In this document: positions 1 to 8,378 of the stretch, piece after piece
Layout: the number at the start of each line of letters is the position of its first letter
Numbering within the stretch: position 1 is the first letter of the stretch
From: a virus
Lineage: Duplodnaviria; Caudoviricetes
Virus record (IMG/VR): IMGVR_UViG_3300031976_000848
Coordinates: 1-47,517 of that record
Reading direction: 5' to 3' (one strand)
Length of the DNA: 47,517 nucleotides
Notes under the pieces: model-generated
What the model saw: the letters and a program-made list of their open reading frames with translations, nothing else
What the model was told of the DNA's origin: nothing
Databases searched by the model: none
Made by a program: the position numbers and the translations under genes

Positions 1-59
1 GCTAGATTTAGGTTCTAGTGCCGTAAGGTGTGGGAGTTCGAGTCTCCCCATCCGCACCA
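1..59 (+). tRNA. 3' part of tRNA-Leu(TAG), truncated by window start; prophage attachment site core
   Basis: Anticodon arm CTAGA-TTTAGGT-TCTAG, long variable arm, T-arm GGGAG-TTCGAGT-CTCCC, terminal CCA at 57-59; integrase ends 12 bp downstream. Confidence 0.93.
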
Positions 60-71
60 ATTTGATTTTAC

Positions 72-1160
72 TTAGTTTTTTATCCCTCCTTGCTTCACCC
101 CAATACTCACTAGATTGTCCTGTGTGACCAGATTGTGACCTAGCCTATTTACGGCTTCGCGCACTCTTTGTGGCGCCAAGTGTGCATATCGCTCGGTCAT
201 CGTAATGCTGGAATGTCCCAGCAGCTCCTTTATTACCTCCAGTGGTACACCATCGCTCACCAGCCAAGAGGCTGCCGTGTGGCGCAAGTCGTGTATCCGC
301 AAATCAGTCAGCTTTACTCTTTTCGCCGCTTGACCAAATCCTGATCGCAATGACTTAACCGGCTCCCCGCTCTCCCGAGCAAATACCCACGGGCAGCCAG
401 GCACGTTGCCAGCCCTCCATGCTAGCCGCCTTCTAATCGCTGCCTGGGCAACGCTATTAAGTGGCACTGTTCGCGGTTTACCCGATTTGGTATGGGTGCT
501 TAGCAGTGACAGCGATTCCTTGCCGGGCTCTAACGTCACCCTTGACCACTCCAGGCCCAGTAGTTCACCGCGGCGGCATCCGGTATGCGCGGCAATCTCA
601 ATAAAGTCAGCCAACACATCACCATGCTTCTGCTGCCTAGCCGCGGTAACCAGCCTGCCGACTTCGCCCCGGGTTAAATACCGCTCCCGGTGCCGAGCCT
701 CCCGCGTCAGCCTACCCTTAACTGGATTCTCCAGCCCCCACTCCCATTCTCGGTTGCAGTAATTTATCGCTGACGAAAGCGCGGCCAACTCACGGTTTAT
801 TGTGGCGTTAGCCCTACCCTGGCTTTGCCGATGACGGATATAGCCTTTAACATCTGCACCGGTGATAGCTCCGATCTCTACACCGCCAAAGTAGCGACGC
901 AGATTGCCTATCTGATACTTGATGGTTTCCAAGCTGCGCAGGTGTGCTGACCCGCGCAGATATTCCACCATCACTTCCTCAAAGCTACGTGGCTGCTTAA
1001 CGTCCCAGTGTTTACTCTGGTGCGCTTCGGCTCGCCACTTCGATTCCACCGCCTTTGCTTCATTTAAGTCCGTTGACCCAGTAGAGCGTCTAACTCGCTT
1101 GCCGCCTGGGTCGTTGTAAGATGCCCACCAGAACGGCGAGCCTTTACGTTTGTGTGGCAT
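72..1160 (-). CDS. int: Tyrosine integrase
   Basis: TGCRRGEL (R), TKSGK (K), HDLRH, LLGH..MTERY catalytic motifs. Confidence 0.97.
   Translation of the reverse strand: MPHKRKGSPFWWASYNDPGGKRVRRSTGSTDLNEAKAVESKWRAEAHQSKHWDVKQPRSFEEVMVEYLRGSAHLRSLETIKYQIGNLRRYFGGVEIGAITGADVKGYIRHRQSQGRANATINRELAALSSAINYCNREWEWGLENPVKGRLTREARHRERYLTRGEVGRLVTAARQQKHGDVLADFIEIAAHTGCRRGELLGLEWSRVTLEPGKESLSLLSTHTKSGKPRTVPLNSVAQAAIRRRLAWRAGNVPGCPWVFARESGEPVKSLRSGFGQAAKRVKLTDLRIHDLRHTAASWLVSDGVPLEVIKELLGHSSITMTERYAHLAPQRVREAVNRLGHNLVTQDNLVSIGVKQGGIKN
123..140. promoter_or_regulatory. Putative integrase arm-type binding sites
   Basis: Direct repeat TGTGACC at 123-129 and 134-140, about 65 bp from the att core, inside the int 3' end. 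Confidence 0.5.
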
Positions 1161-1381
1161 ACAGTGTTCTTCCCTTTCTGCACGCCGGGCGCGCTGTGAC
1201 TGTCTATCTCTAGCGCCGCGACGTCAAGCTCGCCAATGCGTCGAATGCTGCCCATGGTTACCCGCCGGCCTTTTCCCTCGCCGGTGGCCGTGAGCCTGCC
1301 CTGCCTTACCATCTCGCGAACCGTCCAATGCGAGACACTAAGCAGCCCCGCGGCTTCGTGGTATGTCAGTAGTGCTTTCAT
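1064..1381 (-). CDS. xis: Excisionase-like HTH protein
   Basis: LLTYHEAAGLLSVSHWTVREMVRQGRL HTH_17-like motif; directly upstream of int, overlapping it by 97 bp. Confidence 0.8.
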   Translation of the reverse strand: MKALLTYHEAAGLLSVSHWTVREMVRQGRLTATGEGKGRRVTMGSIRRIGELDVAALEIDSHSAPGVQKGKNTVCHTNVKARRSGGHLTTTQAASELDALLGQRT

Positions 1382-1392
1382 GGCCTAAGCCC

Positions 1393-1704
1393 TCACCAAA
1401 CCTCAGTTTCAATAAACTCGCCGCACTTGTGCTCGCGTGGCGTGACGATGTGGCCGGAATCAATTCGCATGGTTACGTTATCCCAGCCCAACATTGACAC
1501 CCTATCCATGCCCGCCACCGGCGCCGTCCGTGTGCATTCACCCACGCTCGCTCCCAACGGATCCCAGTGATCGCACCCGGCACAGCAAGGGCCGTGCTGC
1601 TCATAGAATTGCTTAATATTCTTGCGAACCAAGGCCTCTTTCTCTTCATCGCTTCGCACAATACCCATCAGGAAGCGACTGGCTGCCACCCGCTCAATAT
1701 CCAT
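1393..1704 (-). CDS. Hypothetical protein, Cys-rich (CCAGCDHW...CGEF)
   Basis: ORF track; start moved to the ATG with GGAGG Shine-Dalgarno. Confidence 0.7.
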   Translation of the reverse strand: MDIERVAASRFLMGIVRSDEEKEALVRKNIKQFYEQHGPCCAGCDHWDPLGASVGECTRTAPVAGMDRVSMLGWDNVTMRIDSGHIVTPREHKCGEFIETEVW

Positions 1705-1742
1705 ACTTTCCTCCCGCGCAAAAGAAACCGCCTCTTGGGCGG

Positions 1743-1958
1743 CTAATTGATCTGCTTCATCGCTTGCGTCCATATCGCTCGCGATCCATCGTTAGGCTTT
1801 ATTCGCAGCCTGAATGCATCGAATCGCTCGCCCGTCCGTATGTCTCGGATAACGTGGCCGCCCTCTATAGCGGTGATTTTTCCTATGACTGACCGCTCCT
1901 CTCCTGTGGTCTTGAGCTCGTAGTCGTACCGCACCTCATCGCCAATCTTGCTAGCCAT
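1743..1958 (-). CDS. Hypothetical protein
   Basis: ORF with GGAGGT SD before MASKIG. Confidence 0.7.
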   Translation of the reverse strand: MASKIGDEVRYDYELKTTGEERSVIGKITAIEGGHVIRDIRTGERFDAFRLRIKPNDGSRAIWTQAMKQIN

Positions 1959-1974
1959 TACCACCTCCATTCGT

Positions 1975-1998
1975 AAAAAAGCCGCCCTGGTGGCGGCT
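1975..1998 (-). terminator. Rho-independent terminator
   Basis: GCCGCC/GGCGGC stem with A6 run (T-tract on minus strand). Confidence 0.75.
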
Positions 1999-1999
1999 G

Positions 2000-2158
2000 T
2001 TAGCGTGTGTATTCGCGCTCAAGCATTTGCTTGAACCACTCAGGCCATTCCGGCGCTCTCTTGATGCCGTAGCGGCTTGGTTCGTTTTCTCGTCTATAGC
2101 GGCAGGCGCACGTTGCGGGAACGTAGCAGCCGCACTTAGGGCAGATTCTGTTATGCAT
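2000..2158 (-). CDS. Small Zn-finger-like protein, 52 aa (MHNRICPKCGC...), not in ORF track
   Basis: Read by hand; GAGGAG SD; fills the gap between neighbours. Confidence 0.6.
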   Translation of the reverse strand: MHNRICPKCGCYVPATCACRYRRENEPSRYGIKRAPEWPEWFKQMLEREYTR

Positions 2159-2161
2159 GGC

Positions 2162-2500
2162 TCACTCCTCCTTATCCACTTCCTCAAGCACAGCCCGAAC
2201 ATGCTCTTCCAGAAAGTCGCAGTCGTCGTAAATGTCATTGCCGCCTGCGTTGCCGTTCACTATGTCGCGTGCCGTGGCTCTAAAATCGCCATCGATGCGC
2301 GATAGCACGAAATAAAGCTCTTCAGTCAGCACCCGCTCTTTAGCCGTGCCATCAAGCTGAAGCCGGTGAATGTATTCATATAGGCACCGAGTAAGCGCCG
2401 CCGTGGGTGTGTCGCCGCTTACGCTGATCGTGCCATCCATGGCGTTGGGCATCCAGCATCGCCAGTAGGTGCCGTCTTTTCTTAGTCGGGGCTTTTGCAT
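2162..2500 (-). CDS. Hypothetical protein
   Basis: ORF track; probable start MQKPRL overlaps the upstream stop. Confidence 0.65.
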   Translation of the reverse strand: MQKPRLRKDGTYWRCWMPNAMDGTISVSGDTPTAALTRCLYEYIHRLQLDGTAKERVLTEELYFVLSRIDGDFRATARDIVNGNAGGNDIYDDCDFLEEHVRAVLEEVDKEE

Positions 2501-2652
2501 TGATCGTTTCCCGCGCATAGCGCAGCCTCCAAGCAAGCCTTCATGTCGCTCCAGTAGCGAAGGTAGGTTTCCTGATCCGTATATTTAGGCACAAGCCCTG
2601 CCTCAACAGCCTTTTTCATAGCTGCGGCTAGCATTTCGTCAGTTACTTGCAT
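2482..2652 (-). CDS. Hypothetical protein, 56 aa (MQVTDEMLAAAMKKAVEAG...), not in ORF track
   Basis: Read by hand; GGAGG SD; coupled to both neighbours. Confidence 0.65.
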   Translation of the reverse strand: MQVTDEMLAAAMKKAVEAGLVPKYTDQETYLRYWSDMKACLEAALCAGNDQCKSPD

Positions 2653-2960
2653 ACATCCTCCGGCTTCGGTGCTGCGGCAAGATTAGCTATGTATATTTCA
2701 CGGCCAATTGAGTGATGCCGCGACTGGCGTGAAGAAGTGCAGAAATGAGGTAGCGATGTTTCCTCAACTGCATACGCCATGTGGCGCGTTTGTTCTTTTG
2801 GCACCGCCTGCCACCCCTCAGGACAAGCCTTCTCCCAAGCCTCCCACGCTATCCGCGTCACCCTGTCGGCGTAGTAGTGAAAGCTGCCGTCTGCGTATTC
2901 GATGGTCTCAAGGTCGAGCTTGGCGCCCATGGCGGCTTCGAAGCGTTCGCGGTTAGTCAT
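2643..2960 (-). CDS. Hypothetical phage early protein
   Basis: REXFEA...AWEAW...GWQAVPKE...AAAPKP pattern; GGAGG SD. Confidence 0.7.
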   Translation of the reverse strand: MTNRERFEAAMGAKLDLETIEYADGSFHYYADRVTRIAWEAWEKACPEGWQAVPKEQTRHMAYAVEETSLPHFCTSSRQSRHHSIGREIYIANLAAAPKPEDVCK

Positions 2961-3297
2961 CATGACCTCCTGGCTTCGGTGCGGCTGATAGGCCAAGCTC
3001 GACATGCAGGCCTTTTGGATACCATATCTTGCAGACACCTGCGCCACTTGATCGACTGATTACACGATCATCCTTATCTAACTGATATTTTATTTGAGAG
3101 TCAGTGAGCGTTGAGTGCTTTCTGATGTTGCTGATCATTGCGCCGAAACTCACTAGCATTCTCGTGTCGCCAGCCTCTACGGCCTCAGCTAACCACTTCT
3201 GATCCCATGCCGGGATATTGCTACGGGTGCCTTTTATTTCATCTGTACATGCAGACACTAAGGCGCTGTATGCCATTTCTTTTTTACGCTCACTCAT
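2953..3297 (-). CDS. Hypothetical protein
   Basis: ORF with GGAGG SD, overlapping the upstream stop. Confidence 0.65.
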   Translation of the reverse strand: MSERKKEMAYSALVSACTDEIKGTRSNIPAWDQKWLAEAVEAGDTRMLVSFGAMISNIRKHSTLTDSQIKYQLDKDDRVISRSSGAGVCKIWYPKGLHVELGLSAAPKPGGHDD

Positions 3298-3850
3298 GCC
3301 CACCTCCCAGCACCACGCCTGGAATGCGACCGGCTTTGATGGCGGCGTAGAGAGATCGGCAGCGCGCTTCTCGGGTGTCATGACCCTGCCCGTGAATTAC
3401 GCTGTTAATGGCCTCAATAGCTTCGTCCTCTGCGTGCTGCTCCCGCTCATCCGCCTTCTGCCTCAACGCTATCTGCGTTTCCTCTGCGGCTTTATGCGCT
3501 GCGCAGTCGGCTTCTAGCTGGGCTATGCGTTCTGTCAGCAAGGCATTAGCAGCACGCTCGCTCTCTAGCGCTTCGGGATTGCACTCCGCATGTAGCCGCT
3601 TAGCTGCGGCTTCCATGTGCGAGCCATGCTCTTTGGCGGCATTCATACCCATGATTGCCGAATTCGCCTGCCGCTTGATGATGGCCTCATGCACATCTTT
3701 GCGCACATACTCCACGGCCTCGCTTTCGTCGCAGTCTTCGCCGGGCGCCGGGTCATCAACCCAAACCATGCACGCTTCGCCGTTGTATTCGCCGGGGATT
3801 AGATAGATCGTTTCAACGGCCTGCTCTCTCATCTGCTCTATGTTCATCAC
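3290..3850 (-). CDS. Hypothetical coiled-coil phage protein
   Basis: ORF track; coupled within the operon. Confidence 0.7.
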   Translation of the reverse strand: MMNIEQMREQAVETIYLIPGEYNGEACMVWVDDPAPGEDCDESEAVEYVRKDVHEAIIKRQANSAIMGMNAAKEHGSHMEAAAKRLHAECNPEALESERAANALLTERIAQLEADCAAHKAAEETQIALRQKADEREQHAEDEAIEAINSVIHGQGHDTREARCRSLYAAIKAGRIPGVVLGGGHE

Positions 3851-4029
3851 GCAGCTCTCATTGATACAAGTTGGCGGCGAAGCTCTTTATTATCGGCTTC
3901 AAGAGTATCGTGCTTAGCTAGCAGCTCGTCGTATTCGTTCAATCGCTCAAGCTTCTCTTTTTCCAGCTCATCGTTGCGAATACTCAACTGCTCGTTAATC
4001 GCCTCAAGATTTTCTAGTGTTCGCTCCAT
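3847..4029 (-). CDS. Small coiled-coil protein
   Basis: ORF track; GGAG SD. Confidence 0.65.
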   Translation of the reverse strand: MERTLENLEAINEQLSIRNDELEKEKLERLNEYDELLAKHDTLEADNKELRRQLVSMRAA

Positions 4030-4044
4030 GTGACTCTCCGGTAA

Positions 4045-4260
4045 TTATTCAGCTTTATTCATTGCGCAAACGTATCCCGCCGAAAAGGCGCTCATGAAAT
4101 CACTTTCTTTTTTGGTGAAGGGCCTCCCGTCTTCTCGCTCGGTTATCAGGCCCATCGCGCCGATACTCCAAAATGTACGAGTATCTAGACCAAATTGGCG
4201 CTTCATTGCCGAGTCCATTTCCTCTTTGAATTCGTCGTTGATCTTCTTATGCACGCTCAT
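4045..4260 (-). CDS. Hypothetical protein
   Basis: ORF track; GGAG SD. Confidence 0.65.
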   Translation of the reverse strand: MSVHKKINDEFKEEMDSAMKRQFGLDTRTFWSIGAMGLITEREDGRPFTKKESDFMSAFSAGYVCAMNKAE

Positions 4261-4439
4261 GGCTTATCTCCGGTAATGATGTAGCGGTCGCGGCTAGGGC
4301 CGATCAATGGCTCTTGGCCCGGGTCTAAGCGCCACGGGAATCTGTGCAGACATTCGTCGCACTGCTTCTCGCTGATCGATCTAAACAGGCGTAGGCGGGT
4401 GCAGCCGCATTGTGGGCATTGTTTGGTGGTTTGCTTCAT
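4257..4439 (-). CDS. Zn-ribbon protein (CPQC...CDEC)
   Basis: ATGA overlap with upstream gene; two CxxC motifs. Confidence 0.65.
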   Translation of the reverse strand: MKQTTKQCPQCGCTRLRLFRSISEKQCDECLHRFPWRLDPGQEPLIGPSRDRYIITGDKP

Positions 4440-4651
4440 GCGCTGTACCGAGTGACGTAATTGCAAATATCCCGCGCCGTTGATGTGCCGCACCCATATT
4501 TCATGCCTAGCCGCGCATAGCTCATGCCGTGGCGCTCTCTGTCGTGGCGCATGTCGCGCACTTGGGCGTCAGATAGCACGGCCTTTTGATGGCATTCGCC
4601 GCAGCGGTGGCCGGTGGGTGCGCGGGCGATTAGTTGGCTTTTTCGCTGCAT
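4436..4651 (-). CDS. Small HTH protein resembling the C-terminal DNA-binding module of HNH endonucleases
   Basis: GECHQKAVLSDAQVRDMR...SYARLGMKYGC pattern. Confidence 0.65.
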   Translation of the reverse strand: MQRKSQLIARAPTGHRCGECHQKAVLSDAQVRDMRHDRERHGMSYARLGMKYGCGTSTARDICNYVTRYSA

Positions 4652-4656
4652 AGGCT

Positions 4657-4935
4657 TTATTCAGCCGCGGGCGCGGTGGCAGACTTGCCGCAGAATGGGC
4701 AGAAGCCTGCTTGGATACTGGTCTTAACCTTTTGGCGCTTAAAGCCATCGCCGTTCTTTTTGGGAACCTCAACCTCACCTTCATAAGCAATAGTTAGGCG
4801 TTGCTGCATAGGGTTGGTAAACGTCAACACATACCCTTGAAGCGAGGCGTTAAAACCAGAGAAGCCTTCTGGAAGGTCTTCCTGTAGAGTTTCGGCAATC
4901 TTGGCTTCAAGCGTTTCTTTGCAATCGCACTGCAT
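4657..4935 (-). CDS. Hypothetical protein (CDC...FCPFCG)
   Basis: ORF track; GGAG SD. Confidence 0.7.
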   Translation of the reverse strand: MQCDCKETLEAKIAETLQEDLPEGFSGFNASLQGYVLTFTNPMQQRLTIAYEGEVEVPKKNGDGFKRQKVKTSIQAGFCPFCGKSATAPAAE

Positions 4936-4975
4936 AATGATCTCCAGATAGTAAAAAGCCCCGCTAAGCGAGGCG

Positions 4976-5497
4976 TTAAGCTCTACGTTGTTCGCAGGCT
5001 AGCTGCCTGCCTACGGTGTTGTGCGGCCATGATTGCCATAGCTCGTGCGGCAGCCTGGCCTTAAGCGACTCATGGCAAACGCCAACGTCCCGCGCTAATT
5101 CATTGCGGCTTAATCGGCGCTGCTGATACTCGCGGGCAATCTCTTCAAGCCGCTTGCCTCGCAGCTCCTCAAATCGCTTTACCGACTGTTCAGTAAAGTT
5201 CTTCGGACGCTTCAGATTCCGTATATCGGCGCGGCGCATAACGGCGATAACGCTATGGCCAACATGCTCCGCTATCGCCTCAACCGGCATCCCTGCCGGG
5301 TAGTGCTTATCGAGAAATGCCAGCTCAGGGCCGTTCCACTCTCGCCAGCTTCGGCAGGCTTTAACCAGCTCCCAGCCGCGCATGCCAAGCCAATGACGGT
5401 TCCGTATGGTGCTAACGTTGATGCCGTGCCGGTCGGCTAGCTCGCATAGAGATACCTGCTCTCCGCTGGCGGGATCGATGACGAAGTGCTTAGCCAT
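4976..5497 (-). CDS. Multi-HTH DNA-binding protein
   Basis: SLCELADRHGINVSTIRNR and WNGPELAFLDKHYP...IAEHVGHS HTH-like segments. Confidence 0.7.
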   Translation of the reverse strand: MAKHFVIDPASGEQVSLCELADRHGINVSTIRNRHWLGMRGWELVKACRSWREWNGPELAFLDKHYPAGMPVEAIAEHVGHSVIAVMRRADIRNLKRPKNFTEQSVKRFEELRGKRLEEIAREYQQRRLSRNELARDVGVCHESLKARLPHELWQSWPHNTVGRQLACEQRRA

Positions 5498-5542
5498 AAA
5501 CCCTCCAAAAGAAAAGGCCCCGTAGGGCCTATTAGTCGTTGA

Positions 5543-6469
5543 TTAAGCCGATGGCTCTCGCTGAGTTTCGCCGCCTAGCCATTCAATGATGCGCTCAACG
5601 CTGTCACGCAGACCTCCCGCCATAAGCACGAAGTCCGTTTCCAGTCGAGCCAGCGCATCGTCGCCATCGTCTGCGTGATCCGCTTCTTCAAGCAGGGCAT
5701 CGCCAAAGCGCAGCGATTTAAGCGCCAAGTCATCGTGAAGTACGAATGAAAGCTGACCCTCAATGCTGAGCGCGAGCTGTGCGGCTTGGCGCCCACTCTC
5801 CAAGAGCTGCTGCATTTCGTCGCTATCCAAGTCGACCTGACGACCACGCACCACGCCATCATCGCCCTTGGCCTTAAGAACGACGCTATCACCCATCTGT
5901 AAGTCAGCAGGGCGGCTGGCTGGGTCGCCTAGCCAGGTGGTCATGGCGCGAATCGGTAGCGTCTGACTGCTCAGCGGCGTCACTTTCAAGCTACCCAGCG
6001 TTTCGCGAAGCAGATCCAGAACATCCTCTGCCCGGGTGCGACTACTGGCATTGACGCCAATAAGCTGACGATCGACATCCCACCAAAGGTCTATTTTCTG
6101 GCTGCGCACAAAGGCGCGAGGCATTAGGTTCTCAGTGACCTGTTCTTTGAGCGCCGTCTTTTCCTTGCGCGTCACCTTGCGGCCTTCGCTGGCTTCAATA
6201 TCCGCCACCTGCTCATCGTCTTCTTCCATGACGACCGAGGCTGGCAGCATCCGCTCCTGGAGTAGTGCGCTGATTAGGCGGTGACCTTGAATCTCATGGA
6301 CAAGCTGACCACCACCTAATCGGCCGGCGGGCGCCGTCCATCCAAGGCGGCGGGCGTCAGCATTCCCCAAGGGCTTGGCGGCATGTTCGGCTAATGCCAC
6401 GGCTAGCTGCTCAAGGGCGACTGCCTGCACATCGTGAAGCCGGTAAAGCGTTAGATTCTTGAACCACAT
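5543..6469 (-). CDS. rdgC: Recombination-associated protein RdgC
   Basis: MWFKNLTLYRL N-terminus, LMPRAF, LLRETLGSL, MTTWL motifs; GGAG SD. Confidence 0.93.
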   Translation of the reverse strand: MWFKNLTLYRLHDVQAVALEQLAVALAEHAAKPLGNADARRLGWTAPAGRLGGGQLVHEIQGHRLISALLQERMLPASVVMEEDDEQVADIEASEGRKVTRKEKTALKEQVTENLMPRAFVRSQKIDLWWDVDRQLIGVNASSRTRAEDVLDLLRETLGSLKVTPLSSQTLPIRAMTTWLGDPASRPADLQMGDSVVLKAKGDDGVVRGRQVDLDSDEMQQLLESGRQAAQLALSIEGQLSFVLHDDLALKSLRFGDALLEEADHADDGDDALARLETDFVLMAGGLRDSVERIIEWLGGETQREPSA

Positions 6470-6487
6470 CTGCGTATCTCCTGGCAT

Positions 6488-6511
6488 AAAAAAGCCCCTG
6501 CGTGAGGGGCT
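6488..6511 (-). terminator. Rho-independent terminator
   Basis: AGCCCCT/AGGGGCT stem with A6 run. Confidence 0.75.
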
Positions 6512-7601
6512 AGTAGTTGATTGTGATTCCGGGCACCTTGCCCTCGATAATCAGCGTTACCGCATCCTTGGCGCACTGCTCGGGCATCCCGCCATCGACC
6601 ATGGCTTGCATGGCCGCTCGGTTGATTTTGCGGCGATGCTCTACGTCGGCTTGGCGTCGCTCAATTTCTTCACGCTCGCGTCGCTCAGCGTCTAGCTTGG
6701 CTTGCTCCTGGCGTTGCTGTTCAGCAATGCGGGCCTGTTCTTTGCGGTCGTGCTCTGCCTGGATGCGCTGCGCTGCTTCTTCGGCTTCTCGTTTAGCCTT
6801 AGCAATGCCTTCGTGATACTCGCGCTCTTTGCGCGCCGCTTCGTCGCGGGCTTCCTGCTCACGGCGCGCTGCTGCCTCGCGCTCTGCCTGGGCAGCTTGT
6901 TCAGCTTCACGCCGTGCACGCTCTTCGGCTTCGCGGGCAATCTGTGCCTCGCGTTCCTTTTGTTCACGTTGCGCCGCTTCCTGGCGTAGGCGTTCAAGCT
7001 CTGCCTGTTCGGCTTCGTATTTCTTTTGGCGCTCAAAGGCAGTCTTTAGCGTGGACAAACCGGCAGCCTTTACGCGATGTGCCTCTGCTTCGTATTCCTC
7101 GAAAGCCTCGCCAATCTCGACGGACTCAAGCTGGCTTATCCGAACATCGATCTCCTGGCTAGTTACCTCATTGAATAGTTCGGCGCTCTGGCGAAGCTGA
7201 TCAATCTCGGCTTGATGCTTTGCCTTACGCGCCTCCTCAGCAGCCTCCCACTCATTCAGAGGCCCGCGTGCTTCATCGCGCCATGCGTCCAACTGGTCAC
7301 GCCAGCGCTTGCGCTCTGCGTCGATGGTCTTGGGTAGCTGCTTTAGGTCGGCTACCAGCTCCTTACCAATGTTGTCGATGGCTGTCTTGCTGCGGGCTAT
7401 CTTGTGAGCCATGGATGCGTAGGCCTTGCGGCCCGTTGCGGTATCCAGTGAAGGCGGTTCGGCTAGAAAGCTGTCTAGCTCCTGGCGAATCGTTTGCAGG
7501 TAGGGATCAAGGCCTTGCTCGGCCTTGAACACTTCCAGCGCCGTCTCTTTAGACGGCACGGTGACCAGCTCGGTCGATTCTTTCTCGGCTACTTCTGACA
7601 T
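6510..7601 (-). CDS. Phage coiled-coil protein of the recombination module
   Basis: TGRKAYASMAHKIARSKT N-domain, long EARRE-type coiled coil, GKVPGITINY C-terminus. Confidence 0.8.
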   Translation of the reverse strand: MSEVAEKESTELVTVPSKETALEVFKAEQGLDPYLQTIRQELDSFLAEPPSLDTATGRKAYASMAHKIARSKTAIDNIGKELVADLKQLPKTIDAERKRWRDQLDAWRDEARGPLNEWEAAEEARKAKHQAEIDQLRQSAELFNEVTSQEIDVRISQLESVEIGEAFEEYEAEAHRVKAAGLSTLKTAFERQKKYEAEQAELERLRQEAAQREQKEREAQIAREAEERARREAEQAAQAEREAAARREQEARDEAARKEREYHEGIAKAKREAEEAAQRIQAEHDRKEQARIAEQQRQEQAKLDAERREREEIERRQADVEHRRKINRAAMQAMVDGGMPEQCAKDAVTLIIEGKVPGITINY

Positions 7602-7610
7602 GTTGTTCTC

Positions 7611-8378
7611 CTATGCGGATTCGGCGCGCAAAGTGTTTTCGTAGAAGTCGACCAGCGCTTTAAATTCCAACAGGTCGGCTTCGAGATTTGAGATGTGGGC
7701 GTCGTCGCGCTCAAACTGACGCCACCATAGTTGCTTGCCTGCAGGCTCAAGGGCTGGGCAGTAGAGGCCGATATGCCACCACTTTCTGCCTGTCAGCCAC
7801 ATGCCGCCTTGCACTTGGTCGATAACGCTGGTGATATCGCCGTCAATATGGAAAGCGCGCAGCTTCTCCGGAGCGATGAAGCATTTGTATTCACAGCCGC
7901 CGTCAGGATCGACAAGGCCGTCAGCCGACGCGCCAAAGTGGCCGCAATCGCTGGTAACGAATCCAGCCTTCTTGACGAATAAGCCGGACTGCATTTCGTG
8001 CTCCATGCGTGCTTCGGGCTCTAGGTCATTACCCCGTTTCATGCTCCACGTTTGAAACCCTTCATCTAGCGGCTCGCCACTGATGCGCTCAATGGCTAGG
8101 CGAAAAGCGTAGTTGCGGGCGGCTTCGGAAAAGTCGCCTACCTTCTCGCCAAGAATGGCGCGGCGCACCACATCAGCCTTGGGCGCCGCCTTGTAACCTG
8201 CCTTTTGCATAGCCACTTTCTCATCGTGACCATCTCGCACCGCGTCGACATAGGCCTGCTGCTGCTTATTCAGCCCGTCAACGCGACTGCGGGCAATCTC
8301 GAACATGCTGGCGGTTATACATCCAGCCCTGGCGCGAAACCAATCTTCGCTTCCTTGGTTGCATTCGATGATTTTCAA
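7611..8378 (-). CDS. YqaJ/lambda-exonuclease family recombination nuclease
   Basis: QGSEDWFRARAGCITAS, MKRGNDLEPEAR, GASADGLV, EYKC, QVQGGMW. Confidence 0.92.
   Translation of the reverse strand: MKIIECNQGSEDWFRARAGCITASMFEIARSRVDGLNKQQQAYVDAVRDGHDEKVAMQKAGYKAAPKADVVRRAILGEKVGDFSEAARNYAFRLAIERISGEPLDEGFQTWSMKRGNDLEPEARMEHEMQSGLFVKKAGFVTSDCGHFGASADGLVDPDGGCEYKCFIAPEKLRAFHIDGDITSVIDQVQGGMWLTGRKWWHIGLYCPALEPAGKQLWWRQFERDDAHISNLEADLLEFKALVDFYENTLRAESA

Noticed and set aside
6517-7528. Several overlapping plus-strand ORFs and apparent repeats
   Set aside because: Shadows of a low-complexity coiled-coil gene; the repeats reflect EARRE-type codons
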